Source: Candidatus Micrarchaeota archaeon (lineage in GTDB: Archaea > Micrarchaeota > Micrarchaeia > Micrarchaeales > CABMGC01). Taken from it: a stretch of DNA of 64,000 nucleotides. A program made the translations under genes and the position numbers. The notes under the pieces are model-generated. The model saw nothing but the letters and a program-made list of their open reading frames with translations, searched no databases and was not told the DNA's origin. The DNA is taken from contig JAJZKO010000003.1 in NCBI GenBank assembly GCA_021850805.1, positions 8,246-72,245 of the forward strand, given 5' to 3'. Below are positions 18,434 through 27,613 of this stretch, in pieces. Numbering within the stretch: position 1 is the stretch's first letter; each line of letters opens with the position of its first letter.

Positions 18434-18778
18434 ATGCCCAACAAAAACGTCAAGATTTATCTTGCAGAGATCCTTATACTCAGCACCTTCCTCGGCGGTC
18501 TTGGGCAGCTCCTATTCAAGGCTGGTCTCCTGGAGCACCAGCAAATCAACATGGCCCTTGCAATATTGGCAGGCCTTGTGGCATACGGTGTATCGACCCT
18601 GCTTTATTTCTATGCCCTGGGCAGAGAGCACCTCAGCTGGGTATACGGATTCAGCGGCTTAAGTTACATCTTTACATGGATACTTGCGTATCTGTTTCTA
18701 GGTGAGGCAACAACCACGCTCGGAACAATCGGAATATTGCTAATAGCTACAGGGGTTGCGTTAGCAGGCACGAGCTGA
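18434..18778 (+). CDS. half-size DMT/EamA-like transporter subunit (partner of the preceding gene)
   Basis: Four TM segments, …YLFLGEATTTLGTIGILLIATGVAL. The ATG at 18434 lies 5 nt after the upstream stop. Confidence 0.55.
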   Translation: MPNKNVKIYLAEILILSTFLGGLGQLLFKAGLLEHQQINMALAILAGLVAYGVSTLLYFYALGREHLSWVYGFSGLSYIFTWILAYLFLGEATTTLGTIGILLIATGVALAGTS

Positions 18779-18781
18779 ATC

Positions 18782-19129
18782 TTATTCATCATCCAATTTC
18801 TTATCTTTCTTGCCGTTTTTTTCCTTGTATTTCTCATCGGATTCGACCAGCCCCATGCCTATTGTGGCAAATTTATAACCCACGCTGGCAAAGAGGAAGA
18901 AGAGCCCCACCTTTATCGCACTCACGAATAGTTCCGAGAATTGTGACGACAAAGAGAAGGAGAAGTTGTTAATGCTTGCAGGTATGCTTGAATTAGAGCC
19001 TGCAAGTGGTGCATAAACCTGCGAATAGCTGCTAAGACTTATATAAAGTCCGTATCCAAGCAGCAGCGCAAGGAGTATAAGCAGCAATCCAAATACAAAG
19101 AGCGCATAACCAAGGTATCTGCCGTCCAT
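18782..19129 (-). CDS. membrane protein (2 TM) with an acidic/Lys-rich tail
   Basis: The start is taken at the ATG at 19129, which has an AT-rich TATA-like stretch about 20-30 nt upstream on that strand. The ORF is open to 19180. Confidence 0.4.
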   Translation of the reverse strand: MDGRYLGYALFVFGLLLILLALLLGYGLYISLSSYSQVYAPLAGSNSSIPASINNFSFSLSSQFSELFVSAIKVGLFFLFASVGYKFATIGMGLVESDEKYKEKNGKKDKKLDDE

Positions 19130-19224
19130 GCTTAATCTCACTGGGGCAAAATATATATACATTGGCAGGAAGAAGAGCATTGCTACCGCGCATCAATCTC
19201 TGCAAATGCACATGCTGCGCAGGC

Positions 19225-20187
19225 ATGCAAAAGGTTACGACTATGGATCAGAAATCAGGAAGCAGCGCCTCAAGGAGAAATAACAAATTCGGGCAGTATC
19301 TCGGCATAGCGCTGCTGATGATATTTATTGTAATTGTACTCACTTACGTTTTTGTCGACTATGCAACGGCAACAATAGACGAGCTTACCAGGGCCATATC
19401 AGCAGGAATATTCGGCATAGTCATGATAGAGATAGTAGCACATATGCTTTACAAATATTCACGTACAACCATAATAAAATCCGAAGCAAAGACACTTGCT
19501 AATCTTTTCAGGATCACGGCGTACAGTGCGCTTGCGCTGATAATACTCTCAATCCTTAACATAAATATAACAGGGCTGCTTATAAGCGCAGGATTCCTCG
19601 GCATAGTCCTGGGTCTCGCCGCACAGTCCACCCTGGGAAACTTCATAGCAGGACTTTCCCTTTTAATAGCAAGGCCCTTCTACCCTGATGACTATGTGAC
19701 TATAATAACGTGGCAGTATGGCGCTCAGCCTCCCTCATTCAGCCATTCTAAATTCGTCCCTGGTTATGTGGGTACAATAGATAACATCGGCCTCATGTAT
19801 ACCAAGATAATAGACGAATCAGGCACTCCGGTATACATACCAAACAACATAGTAAACCAGTCGCTGGTGTTGAACCACAAACGTGCAAAAGACCATCCCA
19901 TGACGATTCTCATAGAAGTGCCAAATGAGGTAAAGCTGACCGGAATCGAGGAGAAGGCAAGGAAGTTCTTTGCAGATAACGGCATGCAGTTTTACGAGGA
20001 TACTATAAAGGTGGAGTACGCAGGCCTCTCGTCCTACATGCTGACAGTAGTGCTCAGGGTGAACGACCACAGGGCCGAAGCGCAGCGCCTTAAGCTATAC
20101 CAGGAGCTTATAGAATACATATCCATGGCAAAAAGCGGTCAGAAAGGAAAGAGTCAGAAGAGCCTAGGCGTACAGGGAAAGTCTTGA
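19225..20187 (+). CDS. small-conductance mechanosensitive channel (MscS family)
   Basis: TM3-like LISAGFLGIVLGLAAQSTLGNFIAGLSLLIARPF followed by a beta-domain. The start is ambiguous (19225 or 19243). Confidence 0.75.
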   Translation: MQKVTTMDQKSGSSASRRNNKFGQYLGIALLMIFIVIVLTYVFVDYATATIDELTRAISAGIFGIVMIEIVAHMLYKYSRTTIIKSEAKTLANLFRITAYSALALIILSILNINITGLLISAGFLGIVLGLAAQSTLGNFIAGLSLLIARPFYPDDYVTIITWQYGAQPPSFSHSKFVPGYVGTIDNIGLMYTKIIDESGTPVYIPNNIVNQSLVLNHKRAKDHPMTILIEVPNEVKLTGIEEKARKFFADNGMQFYEDTIKVEYAGLSSYMLTVVLRVNDHRAEAQRLKLYQELIEYISMAKSGQKGKSQKSLGVQGKS

Positions 20188-20215
20188 ATTGAAAGTAAAA
20201 CTATTTTTAGAAAGG

Positions 20216-20223
20216 TTTATAAA
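20216..20223 (+). promoter_or_regulatory. BRE/TATA promoter (…TTTTAGAAAGGTTTATAAA…) with no annotated gene downstream
   Basis: The 15-mer TTTTAGAAAGGTTTA at 20205-20219 is identical to the TFB promoter at 45459-45473. An ATG lies 25 nt downstream at 20241. Confidence 0.5.
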
Positions 20224-20240
20224 CTGCTATATTCTACTTA

Positions 20241-20420
20241 ATGCTTCGTGCGTTTAGAGTATTCTATTCATTTTCCCCACCCTCTAAACGCCGCTTTTTT
20301 ATATTCAAGACAGCTGCGGCACAGGATAGCTGTATATTCAATATCCCTAAAGAAATGCCACAAATTTTTATAGTTATACATACAGATTATCTTGCTATTT
20401 GTAAAAAACTGGTTCCATGA
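20241..20420 (+). other. candidate leaderless 59-codon sORF, small RNA or lonB leader
   Basis: My translation is [59 protein letters not shown]. Its stop overlaps the lonB ATG (ATGA at 20417-20420), and it falls just under the 60-aa cutoff of the ORF track. Confidence 0.25.
20250..20300 (+). terminator. perfect 10-bp hairpin followed by a T6 run
   Basis: GCGTTTAGAG (20250-20259) pairs with CTCTAAACGC (20282-20291) around a 22-nt loop, followed by TTTTTT at 20295-20300. Confidence 0.4.
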
Positions 20421-22384
20421 AGCGATTCAAGACCACAGAGAGCATAAAGATACCATCAAGGCTAGTTGACCAGGTTATAGGCCAGGAAAATGCAGTCGAG
20501 ATAATAAAGAAAGCAGCAAAGCAGAACAGGAACGTCCTTCTAATAGGCGAACCCGGAACAGGCAAGACGATGCTGGCGCAGGCAATAGCGGAACTTCTCC
20601 CCTCGGCCGATCTTGAGGATGTCCTAGTATACAAGAATCCAAATGACGAGAATAAGCCCCTTGTAAAATCCGTAAAGACATATCCAAAGCCCCTCGAGGC
20701 TGGAAAGCCTCTCCCTGACGGGCAGGGCAGGCAGATTGTACAGAAAGAGCGCATGAAGAGCAGGATGCAGCCATCGCAGGGTAAGAGCATACTTATACCT
20801 GTCATTTTCATAATAGTCGTTGCGCTCGCAATCCTGTCCTTCACCCCGTTTGTGAAAGGCAACCAGATAATCCTTCTCAGTGCAATAATACTCGGCGTGC
20901 TGATATTCGGTTCAATGGCTTTATTCATAAGCGGCTTCAGGAGAGTGGGCATAATGCCTGGCGTATTCGAGGCCAACGAGGCAAAGCTGATAGTTGACAA
21001 CACAGGCATGGCACATGCTCCTTTTGTAGATGCTACCGGATCAAAGGCGGGGTCCCTTTTCGGCGACGTGAAGCACGATCCGCTGCAGTCTGGAGGGCTA
21101 GGAACCCCTCCGCATCTGAGAGTTGAGAGCGGTTCTGTACATAAGGCAAACAAGGGCGTTCTCTTTATAGATGAGGTCGCAGATTTGGAGCCAAAGTCGC
21201 AGCAGGAGCTCCTCACAGCAATGCAGGAAAAGAAATACCCTATAACCGGACAGAGCGAATTAAGCTCAGGCGCGCTGGTCAGGACCGAACCTGTGCCGTG
21301 CGATTTCCTGCTCGTGGCCGCTGGGAATCTTCAGGACATACAGAAAATGCATCCTGCGTTGAGGTCCAGGATAAGGGGATATGGGTACGAGGTGTATATG
21401 GAATCCACAATGCCAGATACGGAGAAGAACAGGGAGAAGATCGTGACTTTCATAGCCCAGGAAATAAAGAAAGATGCCAAAATACCGCCATTTACATATG
21501 AAGCCTGCATGGCCATAATAAATGAGGCACGGCGGAGAAGCGGGAGGAAAGGCAAACTCACTCTTGCACTAAGGGATCTTGGCGGACTTATAAGGGCAGC
21601 AGGGGATATAGCCAAAGAGAACAAGGAGAGTGCTGTATCAGAGAAGGATGTAAAGGCGGCACTTACACTTGCAAAGCCGATAGAGGCCCAACTGGTTGAG
21701 CAGTCGCTGGAGTACAGGAAAGACTACCAGATATTCAGGACAAGCGGCTTCGCGATAGGGCGGGTAAATGGTCTTGCAATAGTTGGGTCATCATATCTCT
21801 CATCAGGAGTGGTGCTTCCGATAGTTGCAGAGGTAACCCCTGCAAGCTCGAAGACTGAAGGTAAGCTCATACCAACTGGCAAGCTGGGGAAGATAGCGCA
21901 GGAGGCGGTAAAAAACATCAGCGCAGTAATAAAGAAGCACATGCAGAGGGACATAACGCAATATGACATACACGTGCAGTTCATGCAGACATACGAAGGC
22001 GTGGAGGGAGACAGCGCAAGTATATCTGTGGCTGTTGCGGTTATATCAGCCCTGGAAGGAATACCTGTAAATCAGGAGGTAGCCATGACAGGATCCCTTT
22101 CCGTAAGAGGTGATGTTCTTCCAGTAGGGGGAGTAACAAATAAAGTCTCTGCGGCGATAACCGCCGGGATAAAATCCGTAATAGTACCAGAATCAAACGT
22201 AAAGGACATACTGCTGGAAAAGGATCAGATGAAGAAAGTAAAGATAATCAAGGCATCAAACATAGCAGATGTCCTCCAGGTCGCCCTCAAGGACAGCTCA
22301 AGGAAGAGGGAGATAATACAAAAGCTCAGGAAATATATAACTGCAGACAACAAGGAAAGGCCAGAGGAGAGAAATAAGGGATAG
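20417..22384 (+). CDS. lonB: archaeal membrane-anchored Lon protease (LonB)
   Basis: Walker A GEPGTGKT, two TM helices inserted in the AAA+ module ([16 protein letters not shown]…), and a protease domain with [16 protein letters not shown]. Confidence 0.9.
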   Translation: MKRFKTTESIKIPSRLVDQVIGQENAVEIIKKAAKQNRNVLLIGEPGTGKTMLAQAIAELLPSADLEDVLVYKNPNDENKPLVKSVKTYPKPLEAGKPLPDGQGRQIVQKERMKSRMQPSQGKSILIPVIFIIVVALAILSFTPFVKGNQIILLSAIILGVLIFGSMALFISGFRRVGIMPGVFEANEAKLIVDNTGMAHAPFVDATGSKAGSLFGDVKHDPLQSGGLGTPPHLRVESGSVHKANKGVLFIDEVADLEPKSQQELLTAMQEKKYPITGQSELSSGALVRTEPVPCDFLLVAAGNLQDIQKMHPALRSRIRGYGYEVYMESTMPDTEKNREKIVTFIAQEIKKDAKIPPFTYEACMAIINEARRRSGRKGKLTLALRDLGGLIRAAGDIAKENKESAVSEKDVKAALTLAKPIEAQLVEQSLEYRKDYQIFRTSGFAIGRVNGLAIVGSSYLSSGVVLPIVAEVTPASSKTEGKLIPTGKLGKIAQEAVKNISAVIKKHMQRDITQYDIHVQFMQTYEGVEGDSASISVAVAVISALEGIPVNQEVAMTGSLSVRGDVLPVGGVTNKVSAAITAGIKSVIVPESNVKDILLEKDQMKKVKIIKASNIADVLQVALKDSSRKREIIQKLRKYITADNKERPEERNKG

Positions 22385-22385
22385 A

Positions 22386-23525
22386 ATGGCTGCACGGCAA
22401 GATACCAAAAAAGCGCCGCAGCAGGCACCGCAGGAAGATAATGCTGCAGAGAGGCTTGAGGCGATGGGACGCTCTCTGCTCATAGACATAAACAACGGCA
22501 CACCTCCCAAGTTCACAACGACTGCGAGGACGCGTTCAAATATAATATTCGACGAGAGCAAAGGCTACCTGAAGCTCGGTCCGGTGAAGGAAGAACGCAA
22601 TTTCCTGAATATCTCCCAATCAAAGCGGTTCATGCAGACGATAGCGATAGCATCAAAGTGCCACAAGTTCCTTAACGAGAATCTGCATACTACAATAAGG
22701 GGCTTATATTACCAGCTCAAGTTCTCTCTTGGTGAGGATGTGGACGAGAACATATTCAGCGAACAATCCGAATCCAACCCGTTGATAGAAGATCTGGAGG
22801 TAGCCCTAGGTGTAAACAGGGAAAACCTTAACCTAAATGCCAACAGGAAAGGGGTTCTAGCAGGAAGGATGAAGGTTATAGACCGCTTCGGGGACGAGAA
22901 GACAGAGATAGACTGCTCAAAGCAGGGAAGGAGCGGCTGGGCCATACCTAGCGACGTGGATAATGACATAGAATTTGTTGATATAGACGCCAAATACGTC
23001 CTTGTGGTCGAGAAGGACGCCCTATGGCAAAGGCTAAATGAAGACGGCCTGTGGAAGAAGGAAAATGCCATACTGATAACCCCGCAGGGACAGGCAGCGC
23101 GTGGAACAAGGAGGATAATAAGGAAGCTTGCTGACAAAGGGCTTCCAATATATGTATTTACGGATTCCGACGCATGGGGCTGGTATATCTACTGGACCAT
23201 AAAGACCGGCAGCATAAACCTTGCGTATATCGGATCAGATGTTGCAACCCCCGAAGCCAAGTTCATAGGCGTAACAATGTCTGATCTTGATAAATACGAG
23301 TTTCTTAACAAGATGACAATACATGCCACTGAGGTGGACCTTAAGCGCGCACAGGAGATGCTCGATTACACCTGGATAAGGGGGAATAAGGGCTGGGTAA
23401 ACGAGTTGCAGCGCATGATAAAATCAAAGAAGAAGCTCGAGCAGGATGCGCTGCAAGGTCCTAGGCTTACATTTGTAGATGATTATATAAACGAAAAGAT
23501 ACGGAACAAAGAATATCTCTCTTGA
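22386..23525 (+). CDS. top6A: DNA topoisomerase VI subunit A (Spo11 family)
   Basis: TIRGLYYQLK (catalytic Tyr region), VVEKDALWQRL, and Toprim YVFTDSDAWGWYIY. Confidence 0.9.
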   Translation: MAARQDTKKAPQQAPQEDNAAERLEAMGRSLLIDINNGTPPKFTTTARTRSNIIFDESKGYLKLGPVKEERNFLNISQSKRFMQTIAIASKCHKFLNENLHTTIRGLYYQLKFSLGEDVDENIFSEQSESNPLIEDLEVALGVNRENLNLNANRKGVLAGRMKVIDRFGDEKTEIDCSKQGRSGWAIPSDVDNDIEFVDIDAKYVLVVEKDALWQRLNEDGLWKKENAILITPQGQAARGTRRIIRKLADKGLPIYVFTDSDAWGWYIYWTIKTGSINLAYIGSDVATPEAKFIGVTMSDLDKYEFLNKMTIHATEVDLKRAQEMLDYTWIRGNKGWVNELQRMIKSKKKLEQDALQGPRLTFVDDYINEKIRNKEYLS

Positions 23526-23541
23526 AAAGCATTACCCATGC

Positions 23542-24168
23542 CTAAGTAGTGCTTGAAGGGCAGATATCGTTCAGTACGCATACCTCACATTTCTTGACTC
23601 TTGCAGTACAGACATCTCTTCCCAGCTCTATGAAATGATTCGATATCTCACACCAGACGTCTTCATCGAATCTTCTCATAAGGTCCTTCTCAACCTTATA
23701 AGGATCCTTGTGCCTGCTGAGTCCTAGCCTTCTGGCTACCCTGCCGCAGTGTGTATCTACCGCAATGCCTTCACACATGCCGTAACCCTCCTCGAGTATT
23801 ACATTAGCTACCTTTCTTCCTATCCCTGGCATTCTGGTAAGTTCATCTATGCTCCTTGGCACATTACCTCCGAATTCGTTCACAAGCATCCTGCATGACT
23901 CTTTCAGGTTCTTTGCCTTGGTCTTGTAATAATTAAGCCCTTTCAGGCACCGCTTCAGCACCCTGATATCTGCATTAGCGTAGTCGTTAAAGCTCCTAAA
24001 TCTGCGAAATAGCGTCTTTGTGACATTGTTTACCTGTTTATCTGTGCATTGTGGTGAAAGAAAGACAGCCACAAAGAGCTCCTCCATGCTTTTGTGTTCA
24101 AGCTGCGTGTGTAGATCCTTTCCGTAGCGCACCTCAAGCCTATCAAGTATCTCATCTTCGCGAGCCAT
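23542..24168 (-). CDS. nth: endonuclease III (HhH-GPD, Fe-S cluster)
   Basis: HhH LTRMPGIGRKVANVIL, VDTHCGRVARRLGL, and the Cys cluster CTARVKKCEVCVLNDIC. Confidence 0.9.
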   Translation of the reverse strand: MAREDEILDRLEVRYGKDLHTQLEHKSMEELFVAVFLSPQCTDKQVNNVTKTLFRRFRSFNDYANADIRVLKRCLKGLNYYKTKAKNLKESCRMLVNEFGGNVPRSIDELTRMPGIGRKVANVILEEGYGMCEGIAVDTHCGRVARRLGLSRHKDPYKVEKDLMRRFDEDVWCEISNHFIELGRDVCTARVKKCEVCVLNDICPSSTT

Positions 24169-24204
24169 AAAACTATTTAAGCGTCAACTGTTAAAAGTTA
24201 TCCT

Positions 24205-25041
24205 ATGATCCGGAAGCCTTATGTTTCAGGCATCTTCTATCCGCGCGAAAAGGCACAACTGAAAAAGATAATACTCTCGATGTTGTCTGATGCGGGAAAC
24301 CAGGAATGGGTTAGCCGCAAGACCAACTCATTCATAGCACCTCATGCAGGTGTATCCTATTCAGGAAAGACTGCTGCATTTGCCTACGCTGCAATAGCAT
24401 CAAGGCTTAATAAAAAGGATGTGGATACTATAATAATCATAGGGCCAAATCATACAGGGACTGGCAATGGGATATCGCTCTCAGAAGCAACATGGGAGAC
24501 CCCAATGGGGAAATTTGAGACGGATGAAGAGATGGCAAAAGATATAAGGCGTTATAGCGATAGAATCTCGCCTGACGAGGAGGCACATCGCATGGAGCAT
24601 TCCATAGAGGTACAACTTCCATTCCTCGCAGCAGTTGCTCCTGAAAAGAACCTGATATGCATCTGCATGGGCATACAATCATATTACAACTCAAAGATTG
24701 TCGCGGACGCCGTGCTGCATTCAGCAGAAAAAAACGGCAGGGAGATAATAGCCATTGCAAGCTCGGATCTTAACCACTACGAGCCGGTACATGTGGCTGA
24801 GGCGCGCGACGCACCCCTGATAGACGCAATAAAGATGGCAGATCCTGGCGCTTTCTACAAGAGCGTAAAAGAATCAGGCAATAGTGCGTGCGGGTACGGT
24901 CCGATAACCTCTGCAATATTAATATCCAAATCCTTAGGTTCCGTGAGAGGGAGGATCCTTAATTATTCAAATTCCGGCAATTCCTCTGCAGAACGAGACC
25001 TAGGTGTGGTTTCGTACCTCAGCGCAGCATTCACCGATTAG
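24205..25041 (+). CDS. MEMO1 / AmmeMemoRadiSam system protein B family
   Basis: VSGIFYPREK…IAPHAGVSYSGKTAAFAY…IIIGPNHTG…MEHSIEVQLPFL…SSDLNHY. Confidence 0.8.
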   Translation: MIRKPYVSGIFYPREKAQLKKIILSMLSDAGNQEWVSRKTNSFIAPHAGVSYSGKTAAFAYAAIASRLNKKDVDTIIIIGPNHTGTGNGISLSEATWETPMGKFETDEEMAKDIRRYSDRISPDEEAHRMEHSIEVQLPFLAAVAPEKNLICICMGIQSYYNSKIVADAVLHSAEKNGREIIAIASSDLNHYEPVHVAEARDAPLIDAIKMADPGAFYKSVKESGNSACGYGPITSAILISKSLGSVRGRILNYSNSGNSSAERDLGVVSYLSAAFTD

Positions 25042-25052
25042 CGGGAGATAAG

Positions 25053-26552
25053 ATGGCACACATAAAATCTAGGAAACTGATTATAATCGGCATAGACTCC
25101 GCGCCTCTATGGCTGCTTAAGAAATTTTCTGCGAAGCGTTCCGGGAAAGATGGGTTCTCTGAAGTATTTGGTTTCGGGAAGAGAGGTGTAATGGACCTCG
25201 AATCAACTCTCCCCCCGATGACCGGTGCCGCGTGGCCGAGTTTCTATACCGGTCTGCAGCCTTCAAGGCACGGCTCCATGGACTTCTTTGTGCTTGACAG
25301 GCATTATACAAAACAGCTTGTATACTTCGACAATTCAAAAGGTGCGTTTTGGGATATCCTTGGAAGAAAAGGATTTGCAAGTTTCATAATCACTCCACCA
25401 ATGGCGGTCTCACCAAGCAGCGAAAAGAACGTCCAGATGATGTCCGGATGGCCCCTGGCCCCAAGATTTAATTCCAAGAAAATAGAAAAATACGCGAAAG
25501 AGAGCAGCTTTGCAGGAGAACCTGAGATAGAGAAGGAGCTAAAGGAAGGCAGGGTAACACTGGAAGAGGCGTCAGCACAGTACACCGCAAGCGCCAAAGC
25601 GAGGGCGGAGATGACAATGGAGATAGCCAAGCACGAGGATTTTGATCTGCTATTTTCGTGTTTTACTGAGACGGACAGGATGCAGCATTATTCGCTTAAC
25701 AATCGGAGATGGGAGGACTATGTAATGCCCATATACTCTGTAATATCTGATGTAATAAGGGAGATGTACAAGTACATATCGGGCAATTATGACGACTTTG
25801 CCATAATGATTGTTTCGGATCACGGCGCCCAGCCAATACAATCGAAATTTCTCATAAACTCGTGGCTGATACGTGAAGGATATGCTAACCTCAAGAAAAG
25901 CGTAGAGGAACAATACAACTCCCAAAAAAGCGGCCCTAATGCAAGATACGCCATAAGGGAACTGCTGATGAAGAGCAAGATGAGGAAGGTCTATGACAAA
26001 ATGCCAAGGAAGATGCACAATGCTGCATACAAAGTAGCCGGCAGCCTGCTCTCAGGGGCATCCGCAGGGAGCTATACCCGCATACACGATTTTGATTTCG
26101 ATATGGGGCGCACAAAAGCATTTGCATCCGTATCAAATGGGCCTGTCAGCATGATATGGATAAACGATTCCAGATTCGATACGCCCTCAGTTGCGAGTTC
26201 ATCTAAAAGAAAGGTAAAATATGAGATTAAGGGCAGGCTAATGAAGATAAAGTCTACTGGGAAAAGCGTCATCGCAAACGTTATAGACGGTGAAACTTAT
26301 TACGGAAAGAACCCCGCGTTCATAGCACCAGATCTGCTTATAGAGGCAAATCGCGGATACACGATAGACGTTTTCAACTATTCAAGTTCGTCTTTTTATA
26401 TGAAACCAGAGATATCACGGAGCGGTGATCATCAGAGGCACGGCATATTCGCTGTCAAGAACAGCGCAACGGATGCAAGATGGCCGGATAAGGGCGCACG
26501 GATAGGGGATATAAACGAATATATCCTAAGGTTTTTTGGTTCTAGGGGATGA
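25053..26552 (+). CDS. alkaline-phosphatase-superfamily protein (type I phosphodiesterase/nucleotide pyrophosphatase-like)
   Basis: IIIGIDSAP…LPPMTGAAWPSFYTGLQPSRHG…TETDRMQH…IVSDHGAQP. Confidence 0.65.
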   Translation: MAHIKSRKLIIIGIDSAPLWLLKKFSAKRSGKDGFSEVFGFGKRGVMDLESTLPPMTGAAWPSFYTGLQPSRHGSMDFFVLDRHYTKQLVYFDNSKGAFWDILGRKGFASFIITPPMAVSPSSEKNVQMMSGWPLAPRFNSKKIEKYAKESSFAGEPEIEKELKEGRVTLEEASAQYTASAKARAEMTMEIAKHEDFDLLFSCFTETDRMQHYSLNNRRWEDYVMPIYSVISDVIREMYKYISGNYDDFAIMIVSDHGAQPIQSKFLINSWLIREGYANLKKSVEEQYNSQKSGPNARYAIRELLMKSKMRKVYDKMPRKMHNAAYKVAGSLLSGASAGSYTRIHDFDFDMGRTKAFASVSNGPVSMIWINDSRFDTPSVASSSKRKVKYEIKGRLMKIKSTGKSVIANVIDGETYYGKNPAFIAPDLLIEANRGYTIDVFNYSSSSFYMKPEISRSGDHQRHGIFAVKNSATDARWPDKGARIGDINEYILRFFGSRG

Positions 26553-27613
26553 GAATGAGGGTATATCTGCTAGGTGGGCTAGGCCGCTTCGACAATTCGT
26601 CAGGCGAAGGCGTATCCACCTACATGTACGAGATATACCACGGTCTCAAGGCAAGCAAAAGCATCAAAGCAGATAAGATAGAATACCCAATACGAGATAG
26701 GACTGGCGGTGCGTACTCATGGTTCCGCATGGCGGTTATGGCATCTTTCAGCGATTATAGCGGTGCTGACATAATCCACAAAGTAGATGTAAAACCGATA
26801 AATCCTATCAGAAAAGGCAGGGCAAAAATTGTCTCTACAGCGCATGACTTTCAGCCTTTGATTGAGCCCGCGCTTGATTCTGACATGACTGTCTCGCTAA
26901 AAGGAAGGATCCGTCTTGCGCTAGAGACAAGATACTCCCTCAGGCTGATGCTAAAATCAGATTACCTGCTCGCGAATTCTACGCTTACAAAGAACGATGC
27001 TGTAAAGTTAGGCTTTGAGAGCAAGAGGGCATTTGTGATAAATCACGGGATAGGAAGGACCTACATCTCGCGTAAGATACGCAGAAAAGAGGGAAAAACG
27101 TGCGTTGTGGGATATATTGGTGCGTTCAGGTCGCGCAAAAACGTGGGGTTTGCAATACGCGCATTTAAGATGACCTCACATAAAAAGCTTGAGTTCAGGC
27201 TTTGGGGCAGCAAGAGATATGAATACGAAAAACTTGAATCTGGTGCAGGAGATGACAAACGCATACACTTTATGGGCTTCGCCCCAGCGCAAAAGATAGT
27301 GGATACATACGATAGTTTTGACGTATTTGTATTTCCCAGTCTCTATGAGGGAATGGGCTATGAGATATTGGAGGCAAAAGCGAGGCGTATACCAGTAATA
27401 ATATACAAGCACGCAAAAATTCCTGAGGAAGTAAGGCGCTACTGCATAGAGGCTAAAGACGAGTACGCAATGGCGGATGCTATCGAAAAAATATTCTCTA
27501 ACGGCCCGGATGATAAGATGCTGTCTAAGGCAATGCAAGACGCAAGAGGCTTCACTTGGGAAAAGACAATATCCAAAACTATAGATGCCTACGGAAAGAT
27601 CTGTGAGGCCTAG
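26549..27613 (+). CDS. GT-B glycosyltransferase (group 1 / GT4-like)
   Basis: C-terminal …DVFVFPSLYEGMGYEILEAKARRIPVI (EX7E region). The ATGA overlap with the upstream gene suggests co-translation. Confidence 0.75.
   Translation: MRMRVYLLGGLGRFDNSSGEGVSTYMYEIYHGLKASKSIKADKIEYPIRDRTGGAYSWFRMAVMASFSDYSGADIIHKVDVKPINPIRKGRAKIVSTAHDFQPLIEPALDSDMTVSLKGRIRLALETRYSLRLMLKSDYLLANSTLTKNDAVKLGFESKRAFVINHGIGRTYISRKIRRKEGKTCVVGYIGAFRSRKNVGFAIRAFKMTSHKKLEFRLWGSKRYEYEKLESGAGDDKRIHFMGFAPAQKIVDTYDSFDVFVFPSLYEGMGYEILEAKARRIPVIIYKHAKIPEEVRRYCIEAKDEYAMADAIEKIFSNGPDDKMLSKAMQDARGFTWEKTISKTIDAYGKICEA

Noticed and set aside
20395-21216. A 273-aa minus-strand ORF.
   Set aside because: It is antisense to lonB (Walker A and TM insert are clearly encoded on the plus strand).
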